A DNA stretch of 39,681 nt from Catajapyx aquilonaris (lineage: Eukaryota). Under the pieces are notes generated by a model. The model made no database searches. It saw nothing but the letters and a program-made list of their open reading frames with translations, and had not been told where the DNA came from. A program made the position numbers and the translations under genes. This document shows positions 12,622-24,889 of this stretch, in pieces (position 1 is the stretch's first letter; the number at the start of each line of letters is the position of its first letter). The stretch covers positions 1 to 39,681 of the forward strand of contig KZ538929.1 of NCBI GenBank assembly GCA_000934665.2, written 5' to 3'.

Positions 12622-12807
12622 CGTTCCATCATAATTTTATCAACCGTATAGGCCTACTATGCGACTGTCTCAGTAACGAGTGGCTGGACAAATCAGTTCG
12701 GCTGTTATTAAATTTGAAATCACGTGAAATCTGCACACAAGGGTTGAAAGGTGTTCCAACTGAATTTTACGTAATGGTTATAGGTTTTCACGCATTGCTG
12801 CTTATTT

Positions 12808-13050
12808 GGCAGTTACTTTTAGTATTATGAAAAGTATTAGTGGCTAATATTAGTTTAATTAGCCCAATCCCTGTAACGTCTGCAAAGAGTTTTTGTCTGC
12901 AAAAGTCGGTTGTCATTGACGTTCGATGGTAATGATGGTTCCAATGGACCATTCACAACAAGAAATTCATTGAAATTCATACCTAGGATGGATGATTAAA
13001 TTAGGTCTAATATTAGCAGCTAATACATTTTGCCACTAAAAGTAACTGCC
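12808..13050. mobile_element. 243-bp MITE
   Basis: TIR GGCAGTTACTTTTAGT / ACTAAAAGTAACTGCC, extended by inverted TATTAG..GCTAATATTAG motifs. Confidence 0.72.
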
Positions 13051-14787
13051 GGGGTCCCCTATCCTTGGTGTGGAATTTGGAAAATTTGTACACAAATAGC
13101 TCAACCCTACAATCATACTTGTATAAACCATTAAACCACACCATTAGTTATACTGTAATTTCATTTTATGAAAATGCCACAGATGAGTAGGGTGACTCTG
13201 ACCTACAAGGCTAGAGAAATCAGAGCCACTCGTGACTAGGCTACTTTAATCTGTTAAAAAATTTTAAAAACATTTATCAATGAGCCAAATAAGGCCCAAG
13301 ATGTGACATAAGTGCACACTGGACTTATTGGCTAAATAAGCAAACCTGAGTGTTGCTTCCTTTTTGGATCACCTTGCATTCATAATTATGTATACAGTAT
13401 ACTGCACATCCTGTTCCAATTTAGGTAAACCAGTCTGGGCACGCAACTTTTTCTCACGAAGTTGCTTATTATTAAGCAATTACATTCGAACAGCTTACTT
13501 TTAGAAGTCATCAAAATATTATCTTCTAATATTATATTCAAATATTAGGTCAGTTAATGCTGCGAACCTCAAATCATTGTGACTCTTTGGAGTCTGAAAT
13601 CAGTGACTGAACCTAGTTTTTCCGTAAAGTCATATAGTAAAATGTCCCCAAAGTAGCTGCTTAATAATAAGCGTCTTAGTGCGGAATAATCGCCAACAGA
13701 AACGAAAATCACAATTGCCTGACACATTGTACCGTATACTAGAATGATTGTGACCATGAACTCCCTAACTCTGCCCATTGTAAGTCAGCCCTACACGATG
13801 TGTTGTGCTAGATATAATGTAATCGGATTATCGACGGACGCATTTAAAACAGTGTTTCAAATTTCAAGCTTTTGTCTGTGTTTTTTCCCCCAACAGGGCA
13901 TGGAGCGTATAGGAGATAAAAGTCCTTGACGAATATTGGAACGAACACAATGTACAGCGTAATTTGAATCCTTTGTGTGCAATGCGATCAGCCGTAATTA
14001 GTTTTCTTCCTCGTTGTGTTGCACTCCCTGCCAAGTGGTTCGCTACCTGCATACAATGTACTGTATATACGTATAGTACATGGGAATGTAAGGCAGATTG
14101 TGTGATCAGTAGTTATATATAATTACTTAGCTATACCAGCAGAACCCTCTCTGGTCTCTGCAGAGTCATTTCTCGCTTGACAAAATTACGTTGTCAATGC
14201 TCACTCCCTTGGAAATGATAAGCTGCGTTCTATTACACGCAACATTGATTTTTTTCCACGAGTAGGGCAATATACAACTGTGACACCAGCAGGAACTCGA
14301 GCATTTGTTTGACGCAGTTGTACTTGGAGAAAGTTTCAATGTCCAAAAGGTCTACATGACACAAAGTTAAACTTCTCATATTTTTTTTGTAAAAAAATAT
14401 GAAGTACTGATGCTAATAACATATCTTATTACTTATTTATAGAAGCTATATATATATATATATTTCACTAATGCTTGCAAATGTGGTTTCGGTTCAGTGG
14501 TTAGAGGCTTAGAGCTTCTTGCAAGGCCCTCCTTATATGCATGGAGGGAAGGAGAGCATGTTATGAAGTTGAACGCCTTCTCAGACACTTGTATAACCTT
14601 GTGCAACTTGGATATTAGCCTGGGACGTGCCAAGACCCCCATCCTCCCAGGGCACGATGGGAATACCGGCAAAACTTCTACTAATGCTAGAGGCATCGCG
14701 GTCGGGATCAGTTCTAGACTTGCTACACCATGGACTGTGCTTGCCTTTAAACAGTGTCGTAAACAGGCGTTGAACGGGCATCGTTAC

Positions 14788-14967
14788 GTAACTGTTTAAA
14801 AAATTACTTACTTGTAATATTAGATTGAAAGATAAAAAACCAAACAAAAAATCCATCATTGACGTTCGATGCCAATATGGGACAATGACAATCGGAAATT
14901 TTGATTGACAACTTGGATTCAGCCTAATATTAGCAATTAATACTTTTGATAACCACTAACAGTCACT
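14788..14967. mobile_element. Diverged second copy of the 12808-13050 MITE family
   Basis: Shares TCATTGACGTTCGATG and CTAATATTAGCA..TAATAC..CCACTAA.AGT.ACT with 12913-13048 in the same orientation. The left boundary is approximate. Confidence 0.6.
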
Positions 14968-16090
14968 CTACTTAAAAATAAGTAGCTTAGTGCCAAAAGT
15001 CGATAATTACTATGGACACACTGTATAAAATCCGGATAATACGAGAGCTCGAAGGGGCTCCAGGATGGTATGGTGAGAGTGAAAAAAATGGCATGTTACA
15101 GGATATTGAATGAACGCTGAGTAAATTGACAGTTGAATTTAATAATCTGCACAGTCGTCCATACCCGTTTTTGAGACTCACTGACACGTAAAACACCTGT
15201 GGGAGTGATGGCACAGCAGTATGCCTGGACATACAGCACAACTCTGTATAGCCTACATAGCAGTATATAACATGTGCTCATGTTTTGATAATCTAGGTTC
15301 CAATACCGTTCCTCTTTCCATACTTTTTTCAAGTCGAGTGCTCTGACCTTATGTGACCCATGATTACTACGTCTTGCTCTTGCCGAGCCATTGTTTTCTT
15401 CTTGTTCCTATTAGTTGGCTTCTCCTTTGGCTTGGCATGCTAATTCAGTGGTACTAATTAGGGCTTACATGATTGATAAAAATGTAGATTGGAGAGAGAA
15501 TAAGCTCCTACGGCACATTTCTCATTGAAGGTGCGTTGCTAACTTAGTACAAAAAGCGACATCGACCCGGAACCCCTCCATCAAATTGTAAAGTTTGAAT
15601 TCTAGAGTTACTCCCCCCCCCNCCCCGCTCCCCCATTTTTCTCAACATCTCTTCAGTTCTCTTCAGGTCACTGAAACCTCCAGGGTTAGGCGATTGTACC
15701 AATAATTTAAAAAAAGAAAGAAGTGGGAAATGAGTTCTGCTGCCCATGAACCCGCCCGGCAAACATACTGTGTATAATTCATAATACCCAGACTCATTTC
15801 GGTCTGCCAGATTTACGACTCGATCCACTAGATGCTCTAGGGAGGTCTATATATACACCGGTAGCTGCGGCTTCAGGTTTGAAAAATGAAGCGAAACCCC
15901 ATACCAGGTATAACTTCTGTTGCTATGTTTTTTTTCCGTTCCAGGTACTCTAGAGAATTGTGAATGCACGGGGCATATCATTAGTCACAATTAGAACCAC
16001 GTCAATGCCTATTTTTTTGTCAATAGTCACATGCACTATGGCAATTAGATAGGAGTAGAAGATGACAGAAATATAAATTGTGTCCCTCAC

Positions 16091-16319
16091 CTTGTAACGA
16101 GACTTGAGCCTGCTGGGTCCATCCTCTGAATCGGCTACTGGAGCGCTATCTGGGTCGCGGTCTTCGCTCGACGGCAGCGACAATGACAGCGGCTGTAGAC
16201 TGAACCGTCGCTTGTACTGGCGCCCTTTGCTACTGGCGCCTCGCACACCAACGGGCGTGCCTCCACTGCGAAGGAACTCACAGTCATTGCCAACTCTGGC
16301 TGACTTCTCAGAAAACTCA
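16091..16319 (-). CDS. Internal coding exon of the same GTPase (N-terminal extension EFSEKSARVGND...KRRFSLQPLSLS...RLKSRYK)
   Basis: GC-rich 229-nt open segment bounded by acceptor atttcttatttCAG (AG at 16321-16320) and donor AAG|GTGAG (GT at 16090-16089). The phase-0 donor joins 9487 to give SRYK|VVVLGAARVGKT, restoring the canonical Ras beta-1 strand (YKVVVLG). There is no in-frame ATG, so a phase-2 upstream exon is required. Confidence 0.88.
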
Positions 16320-16457
16320 CTGAAATAAGAAATCTCCAGGCCCCATCTCCCATTGTCTCGTGGAGAGAAACTGATTAATCACAATTTAAAAAAATAATAT
16401 TAACATGTGGGTATAGTTATCAAATTGTGATTCCATGGTGTACAGCCACTAAAACTA

Positions 16458-18112
16458 CAAGGAGTGTTCAAATATGAACCGGAATTTGCTAACTGCTGGT
16501 CATAAAATTATTAATTATTAATTAATTATTAATTATCACCATTGATCACAGTCAGTCTCCTTTGCAATGGACCAGCTCAATCGTTCCGGTAGCTCCTGTA
16601 ATTTGCGTAAAAAAAAGTTTTTAGGCTGACTCTGGAACAATTTCGCTGATCTACTCATTACTTGAGAACTTTCTTTCTCCCCAAAAAGTGTTCAGAAGTC
16701 CGATGCAAATCCGACGGGGCGAGATCAGGACTGTATGGGGGAGGCTTTTGTATCGTCACTATCGCATCGTGTGCGCAGCGACATGAGGACGTACATTGTC
16801 TTGCAGGGAGCGGATGATACTCTGCCCCCCCCTATTTCAGTTCGTTTCTGATGATGGTGTATAATTATGTTAGGCTCAAACCACGCAAACGGCCATTGAG
16901 CGAAAAAAAAACCGCCAGTCCGCGGAATGCTCCATTTTAAACCATCCATTCCGCGGAGTGGTCGTTTTCAAAACGGCCAGACCCCGAAATACTTTTTTAA
17001 AGAAGGCCAGAGCGAGCGTTTTCTGGACTAAACTAAAATGTCAGGACGCGAATTTCGTGTCGTGGCGGGTTCAGAAAACGCCCACGTTTTGTGGCAGTTT
17101 CTTGTTCCCCACTACGCCAAGTACCGTACAATGAAAATACATCATCCTATTGTTGTTTGGCAAATGATTGAAATACTCAACATTGGATGATCCTGTGTAT
17201 TCCCATTATTGCTTGTACATCGTATTCCAAGAACTTATACCTTCAAATATTTAATACCATTATTACCGTGGGGAATCAAAAAGTAATTCACAACTTTTTT
17301 AAATTCCGAAGCTTCATTATAGAAACAGAAACTGACATGTACATATGAATGGGGAAGTCATTCTCTAATTTTGTATAGTCACCATATATGTATTTTCAGT
17401 ATCTACTGTACTTGGCGTGGAACAAGAATCTGCCACAACATGTGGGTGTTTTCTGAACCCGCCACGACGTGAAATAATATTAGCGTCCTGACATTTTAGT
17501 TTAGTCCAGCAAACGCTATGGCCTTCTTAAAAAGAGTATTTAGGGGTTCTGGCCATTTTAAACTAACGACCACTCCGCGGAATTGATTGTTTGAAATGGA
17601 GCATTCCGCGGTTTGTACGTTTTTTTTCGCCCAATGGCCGTTTTCGGGGTTTGAGCCTATCATATACACTACCAATGCTGATGTTCAAAATGGACGCAAT
17701 ATCATTCACAGTAATCCGTCGATCATCACAAAATGAGCTCATCAACTCGAGCAGCATTCTCTACCGTTGTCGATGTTCTTGATATGCTTCATTCTCGCCC
17801 CTCTTTGAAGTGTTAATTATTTTATGTGATAATGTGTCCTCCCCATACTGTGCCTTACATCTGGTGCAAATTTCCGACGGTTTCACTCCTTCCCTGGTCA
17901 GAAATCTAATGATAATGCGTTGTTCCGTGCGTGGATGAACCTCTGCTTCGGTTAATGCTCCCATTTCTACAGAACCGCTTCACGCTCACGGATACAAGAC
18001 GGGTCAAAGGTAGTACAGTTTCGGGAGCATCACCTGATGGGTACAGCTTCTGCTCATGAGTCGTTGTTTGTGCGTGAGATTTAAATTCCGGTTCATATTT
18101 GAACGCTCGGAC
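16458..18112 (-). mobile_element. Internally deleted mariner (Tc1/mariner) DNA transposon remnant
   Basis: 26-bp TIRs with 1 mismatch (GAGTGTTCAAATATGAACCGGAATTT at 16462-16487 and 18083-18108), with TA at 16456-16457. Transposase remnants: EQRIIIRFLTREGVKPSEICTRCKAQYGEDTLS (first HTH, 17761-17964 ORF), DRRITVNDIASILNISIGSV (second HTH), QDNVRPH (16783-16803) and YSPDLAPSD (16709-16735). Confidence 0.93.
16873..17657. mobile_element. 785-bp foldback/MITE nested inside the mariner transposase
   Basis: Inverted arms of about 250 bp (GGCTCAAACC...CGCCAAGTAC, 16873-~17129, versus ~17404-17657) surround an AT-rich spacer. TA flanks both ends. The element interrupts the transposase just after the second HTH. 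Confidence 0.9.
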
Positions 18113-18872
18113 AGCAAAATATACTATGTATAGGCCTCTTAAGAGCGGAGTCAACTTTTCACTAACGTCGCAGAAATTATATCAAAAATTATGAGCCATA
18201 GGGAAGTTCTATTGTGAACAAGTTTCCATTGTGTCTAGGGTTCGTTATAGGCAATGTATGGTGTGCTGGCAGTATAAAGACGCAGGATATTTTCTGCGTA
18301 TAGTATGGTGAGGGAATAAATATTACCGGTATAATTGGGTTTCCTGACTGGCAAACAACTTTGTTCGTCTTAATGCCGTATGATGTCGGGGCAAATTAAA
18401 CTTCTCTGTAGGATCAACTTTTCTTATACAGGGGTTAAAAAAAAATCAAACGAATTGCGTCTCTGCGTACCAATTAAAGTGGTATAAATCTTAACATGAC
18501 TGTATTCACATTGAAAAGGCCATGCAGAGGCTGATTTTGCCAGTGCTCAGAAGCATTTTGATGATAACGAGCTCTATCAAGGGGGTGGGTTTGATCTGAT
18601 ATTAAATGCTCCAATTGTGTCGGAAACGACCAAAAAGCATATAAGGGGAGATGCTTCTAGTTTCCAATCAGAGTGTGTTAGAAGCTTATCAGAAGTCTGT
18701 ATTATGATTTAGTGTGCTTTCTAGCTATAAAAAGCCAGATCTTGGCATTCATTATAATTTTTTTGCTATACTGCTTGATTCTACGTCGTAACTTTTTAAC
18801 GATTGTTACGCACTTTTTAGAAGGCAAAATATGACCAAACACTTAAAACAGGTATCTGAGAGTAGTCGTGAT

Positions 18873-18956
18873 GGCTGGTTGCATGATCGATGGTAAATTC
18901 AAACACATATGGATTAACCACTTGATCTGAATTTACCACCGATCATGCAACCAGCC
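18873..18956. mobile_element. 84-bp hairpin MITE (Harbinger-like termini)
   Basis: GGCTGGTTGCATGATCGATGGTAAATTCA pairs with TGAATTTACCACCGATCATGCAACCAGCC (29 bp, 1 mismatch). Confidence 0.75.
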
Positions 18957-19292
18957 CTAAGATGAAACGGACCACTCACATGATAGAGCATGTAGTATAA
19001 GCAAACCCAACTTCTTCTTTTTTTTTAAAAAAAAAAAAAGTTAGCCATGCAGTGTTCCGCTTCGATCGGCTTGTGCCGGCTTCTACTGTTTGGAAATGTT
19101 ACTAATCGTCCCGTTAAATTCCAGGCCCGAAAATCTGCCTGATTATACCTCAGCCAGGGCATGCGAGAGTGAACGTTTGAACAACACGGATATTATTACA
19201 GTGTGCGTAATTATGCGGGAGTTAGAGTTAAGGCTCCTAATTAGAATTTATATAGGACTATTGCATGGTTCGGAGTAATTACAAGCGGTATT

Positions 19293-19362
19293 GCCCCTGC
19301 CAGGAATCGAACCTAGGTCCACATCCGATATGGATGTTGCTCTGCCATTGAGCTACGGGAGC
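19293..19362 (-). pseudogene. tRNA-like sequence (pseudo-tRNA or SINE head)
   Basis: The minus strand reads GCTCCCG TA GCTC AATGGCA GAGC A ACATCC ATATC GGATGT GGAC CTAGG TTCGATT CCTGG CAGGGGC. Acceptor, D and T arms with A and B boxes are present, but the anticodon arm is aberrant and the acceptor stem has a mismatch. Confidence 0.75.
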
Positions 19363-21604
19363 ACCAGTACATCCTCTCCATGCTATCGTCCTAGTAGATA
19401 CGCTTTTGTGTGTGTGTGTGAAGCTAGCAAGCCGGAATAAACCGATAAATCACCCGAAACTAACCGGATTTTAAACTTTTTTTTCACACCCTCTCACCAG
19501 CCCCACCCTTTTTTTTTGTACTTGTCAATTCCGCTATCTGCTATAGCTATACAAGCCCTGTATGTATAAACCAGGATAGGTCCTGCGTTAGCCAGATATT
19601 CAATAATGCGTGGAGATGAAAGAGGTAGAGAGACGAAATCGATATGTCGTGGGCAGATATCAAACCTGTAATATGTGACATACAAATAATATTTCAGTAT
19701 TACGCCTGCTATTGCATTCCCGTCCAAACAAGCGGAACAACCTTTATTATTGCTTGTCCTGGAAAATTCGAGGGATATCATTTTTCTGAAGGAGGAAAAA
19801 CCGATAGTTCTTGTAATAGTTGAGCTAGATAGTGACAATTGTGTGTTTCCATGCACGGATTATAATTTTTATTAGATTTGTGCTTGGATAGTAGATATAG
19901 CACCTGAGTCTGTAAATATATGCATATTATATGAGCACTGTCAGCAATCTTTTAGTAGGTCGTTTACTCTTGTGTGCTTGCTTTGTGCCTGTTTGCCTTC
20001 TACTCTTCTTGCCTTACGGTCCCTGAAACATCTTTGAAAGTGGAGAACCTGCAAAGCGCAGGCCGAGATTGCTGCGCATTCTCCAAAATTCCTGTAGGCT
20101 GCAACCAGTTTTCTTTGAGAAAATTTGCTTTGAACTCAATGGGGGAAGGTTACTGTAGACCCCGGGAGCCGTTAATGGCAAACTGAATAGCTACAAAAGC
20201 TGCCTGTTAATTATAGTTACTTTTTTTTTCTTGCATAAGAGGGCACTGCACTGCTGTCGCCTGCTGTAGGCTATAACCTAATACGTAGTTCAAACACACC
20301 CACCCACACGTACACATAAAGACATTATGGTGAGAGTAATTTCCGGGTCGATTCACAGCCGAGAAGTAATATTGATGTGAAAAATAATATTTCCGTTACC
20401 TTCGAAGTCCTTTACCTGGGAGCAACACACTCTAGCAGCCCTAGCTAGTTATTGCCACCATATAAACAAATGCCTCACGATGCATGAACTCTACAGCTGA
20501 ATATAATAGCCGTACCATTTATGCAGTTTGGATTTCAATGAAATTACCGAGGGAAATAACTAGATTAAAATACATACAAACTTTCGACACTTATTTACAC
20601 CAATGATCATTCGTGTGGGTATAAACGGGGTCAGAATTCTCCCTCGGCAGGGCTGTGAGAAAATGATGCCCTCATTACAGGGATCCATATGCACTGCACG
20701 ACATATACACACAGGTGGTGTCCCATTGATATTTATGGCGTCCTTTTTTCTGCAGCAGCCCGAAGATTTAATGCCAAGAGCTTGCGTTTCCCAGCTTTGT
20801 GAGCATGGGTTCTACGCAGGGAGGAAGGTAGCCTATATATTCAGTCTTATACAGAAATCCATCCAAGCGTGATTCGACAATGCTAATAGTTCAGAGGTAC
20901 GGAGGTATGCATGAGTTACTTTCCGCTAATAGGGACTGCTTATTTGCTTACTGCTTGCGGGTTAAACACAGGGGTCATTATTAAGTTAATGTGGTCATTC
21001 TCTATGTGGGATGAAGAATGCCACGAACTAACATAAGGCATGGTTCAATCAACCCCCGTGTTTCATATACGAATATGTGGAAACCTCTAACGCAAGCAGA
21101 ATTAATTATGCAGTATGAACCTATAGCCCGTTGTGATTATGGACACATTTTCCCAACACTTTAAAGGTAATAGGTATTTATATTACTGAAAGGGGTCAGC
21201 AGGTACTTGTTTACGGAATAATTGACCTTTAATTCAATCACCGCTTGACAATAGTACTGAAAAATGTACATTCGCTCTCTCGTTGTCAAGTGCAATTAAG
21301 GCTGGGGATTCAGTAATTTGAAATTAAACGGGGGATATATTTTTCGAGAGTGTAGGGGCTGATGAGTTATGTCACATATGCCCACAGTATCACTACGCAG
21401 TATTTTCACAGCCCTGTGGATAATCGCGAGTATACTGCACCTGCATGATGATGACGCCCCTTTTAGGACCATAATCAGGCTGCCCTATTAGCATATTTGC
21501 CGCAAGTGACCAACTGTACACACGCGTAATCCCCCCCCCCCCNNNNNNNNNNNNCCCCAACCTGTTGGGATACATACACATCTTTTTTAACTGTCTCTGA
21601 TGAG

Positions 21605-21662
21605 TTTGTTGGTTGGTTGGTTGATTACGGGGGCCAAAGCAACTAAGGCCTAATGAGTGACC
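21605..21662 (-). mobile_element. Possible retroposon 3' end fragment with (CAAC)n tail
   Basis: The minus strand reads GGTCACTCATTAGGCCTTAGTTGCTTTGGCCCCCGTAAT followed by CAACCAACCAACCAACAAA. No TSD was seen. Confidence 0.35.
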
Positions 21663-22513
21663 ATCATTATACTGTATACATTTGAGAGATATTAATATCC
21701 CCATCAGAACACCAAGATAACATGTTGACCTAGTATTGTCTCTGAACTCATTTGTCGCCTCATCTTGATTGCATAGCGCAGACAAGAGCAGAACAGGTAA
21801 CGTGTACTCCTTCCAATACTTTGCAGACTCTGTTTTGTCATATCGACCAAATCAGGGATATAGCATAGGCGCACAGATTATAACATCGATCAGCCCTTGG
21901 CTGTGGAACTGCCATATGTCGGCGATGTGATGAAACTGGTGGCATAAAAGTAGCTTACCACCTCTAAAATGCAATGTGTATACCGGTACTGTTAACTTAC
22001 AAAACCATAGGTTGGAGCCAGCAATACCTGATGCTAATCATAAAAATGACTTCATTTTGAGTGGTAGTAAATAATCATTAGCTTAATTAAATTTTTAATT
22101 AGCGTTATTATATAGATTTCAAATTGAAGGACAGTTTGAGCGTTTGGTGTCAGCCGATAAGTTTGATGGAGAGAAAGAAGACACTAAAACCGGAGCTTTC
22201 GTTTTCATTCAGTAGTTTAGTCACAAATAGAGCGGATATCTGCCATAAAGTTCAAATATTAAATTAGTCGGCGATTAAATCTAATGTACGTGATGCGGTT
22301 ACTCTGATGATCACATTGATCAAAATCAAGACATTCCAGATACGTGATATTAAAATCAACTTACAGTAAACTTATAAAGATTGCTAGTTATTATAGGTTA
22401 TTTGGAATATGTAGAGACTAATATACACCTGTTAGTACAGTTTGATCAATGGTGTTATCAGACTGACTGCAAGTTGTCTGCTTTTAGGCCGTAATAATTT
22501 ACTGTGCCCACTG

Positions 22514-22596
22514 GTGGCGTCCAAAGGCAAAAGGCAGTATCTGGACATTGCGGGTCCATGCAGATACTGCCTTTTGCCTTTGGACGCCACACTGTA
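22514..22596. mobile_element. Short hairpin element: 30-bp perfect inverted repeat with 17-nt loop and Tc1-like right end
   Basis: GTGGCGTCCAAAGGCAAAAGGCAGTATCTG (22514-22543) is exactly inverted at 22561-22590. It is followed by ACTGTA, giving a CAGTG..TA-type end. Confidence 0.75.
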
Positions 22597-23732
22597 TGTT
22601 GTGCGTCTTCCCGTATTTTCATGTGCTCAAAGACGTTTATCATTGCACTTGTTGATCCTGGCAACCGCATGTCTACAACAGGGTACTAAGCAGGAGTTGT
22701 ACGTGAGGTAACATTGTTTACATACGTATCATAAAAAACAAAATTGGTGAGTTGCCATGTGTGACAGATGTAGGCTGATACAAAACTTCATGAAGGATAT
22801 CTTAACATTTTCACCTGTCGAAATGGGTCATATTTGATCCTGGCGAGTAGTATACGAAAGGGCATAATATATCAACTTATTACTGAAAGCAGTTCGACTA
22901 TAATTTGAAGTTTGCGCAGTATTTCTCATAACAACTCATAACTTTATGTAGAGGAAGCATAAGTCTCACAATATGAAACTTTCTGGCGAACAAGTCGAAG
23001 AGAAAACTATTGGTAGGCCTTCTAAGCCAGGGTTGCATTAGTAAACTCTGAACAAGAAAATTAATTCTATACATAAATGACAGCAATAATTGTTGTTATT
23101 TATATATGATTAATTATTATTTGTCTCGTTTATGCAGCCGATCCTAAATCACGGCTGGTTGCCATTTGATGGAACAGGACGTTGAGTAATCTAAAACCTC
23201 CTGCTCCCACGCCATCGAAATATCAAAACTATTTTAAAACTAGGTTATAAATAACACCTGTATTTGACTTCAAGTCGTAATCTTCGATCGGCAGGTCGAT
23301 TGCAATCGACGTATTGGCCGACCTTGGCCTACAGTAACGTGCGAGTCGAATGACTTTTTGCAAACTTGTTTAATAATCATTGTGGTGTATTCAGCTTTGT
23401 GTCTGGCATGCATTTAAATTCTCATATGTTTCTGTAATTCTGTTTGCAGATCATGTATACTTTTTTGCGAAGCGAATAAATTGTTATTAGATGGCTGCTT
23501 TAAAGGGGAACTGTTTTACAGTATGCTTTGCTAAAATAGCATTTATAATGTCCGAATTTTATAGAAAATCTTTCAAGAGAACAGTTGTTATTTTTTTGCA
23601 TGTTTTACATCCAAATATTTGAGCCTTAGGAGACGTTATACAGTATAGTATAGTTACATATTCCATAGTACAGTATGTGGCCTTCGCCTCTTTCTGAATC
23701 GAAATCATCATCACTAATAGTGTTATGAATAA

Positions 23733-24065
23733 GGGGGAGATGAAGTGGCGTCGCGGTAACGCGTGCGCCCACGGATATGAAGGTCCCGGGTTCAATCCCC
23801 ACCCGGGGTTCTCACCTTTATCCGTGCAGAGTTGGGCCATCTCTGGCTTCATTTCGGGTGGCAATTTCCGACAGACTAAGCCACCCGGGGGAGTTCACAA
23901 AATGACCAATTAACGACAGCGCACGTGCACTTTGCACATCCCCTCCCACCTACCCTTGGAGTACACTAATAAGATCCTTCTTAATTCACTCCAACAAATC
24001 CCGATGGTGGTAATTCCACTCCCCCTAAGGAGTAGATAGCTCCCCGCGTGGGGTAATGTAAAAAA
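23733..24065 (+). mobile_element. Full-length tRNA-derived SINE with poly(A) tail and 17-bp target-site duplication
   Basis: A-box-like TGGCGTCGCGG (23746-23756), B box GGTTCAATCCC (23789-23799) and a short A tail. The perfect direct repeat AATAGTGTTATGAATAA lies at 23716-23732 and 24066-24082. Confidence 0.92.
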
Positions 24066-24869
24066 AATAGTGTTATGAATAAATAAAATCTAAATCCGAA
24101 AATAATTTTTAAAACAAAATATGCCGTTTGAGAAAGTTTTGAACTTATAGCACTGCGATCGTAGACTATATGAGTATATGTAAGATCGCTACGGGCTGGT
24201 ATATATTGGCTCTGAATGATTTGAAAACCAATTACCGCAGTGTTCGTTTACAGTTTGAATCTAATTTTCCCCAGTTGGAAATAACATAGAACAACTTCAT
24301 TGGATGCAGCTGGTTGCTTGTGCCTGCAAGTTTGGACATGCAAAAAATCGCCATCTATGCTTGAAAGGCTAATCAGATTTACTGTAACATACTGTATATG
24401 AATGTACTGTACAGTAATGCTGCATCCAATAATACGTACTTTTCCTCCACACTTCCGAATTTAGAACCCTTTGATTTATTACTTAATTACACTAAAATAA
24501 TAGACGCACTGACCAGTCACACCTTTTATAACTGGAAATATCACAATACCTTTTTTGCATTGTTTATGCTAAAATTAATAATTCACATACACATTACATA
24601 TTTAACTTTATAAAAGTTGTTTTTCTCCGCTCAGTTATCAACGTGGCAATTCTGTTATACTACTACAGGGCACCTCTGCAGGTGACACCCACAAATTACC
24701 TACTGATTACCCTCTAATTGGAGTCCACCAGAACCAGTTTCGAATCGCACATTGCCCACTACTTTGAATACACCCTTTCCCTGCAATCTCCCTACCAGAC
24801 ACGATTTGAAACTTGCTACTTCCCCGATCACAGAGAGGCCACGAAGAGTTCACAAACAAAGTTGCTCAC

Positions 24870-24886
24870 CTGGTGGTACGTGGCAT
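24870..24886 (-). CDS. Probable first coding exon of the GTPase (MPRTT + AG); total CDS 954 nt, 317 aa
   Basis: The minus strand reads ATG CCA CGT ACC ACC AG|GTGAGC. This phase-2 donor matches the 16319 acceptor (AG+T = Ser). It lies at the end of a GC-rich UTR/promoter-like tract (24890-25110). Confidence 0.62.
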
Positions 24887-24889
24887 ATC

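Noticed and set aside
21531..21558. C-run with Ns (also at 15613-15626)
   Set aside because: Assembly ambiguity at homopolymers, not interpretable as biology.
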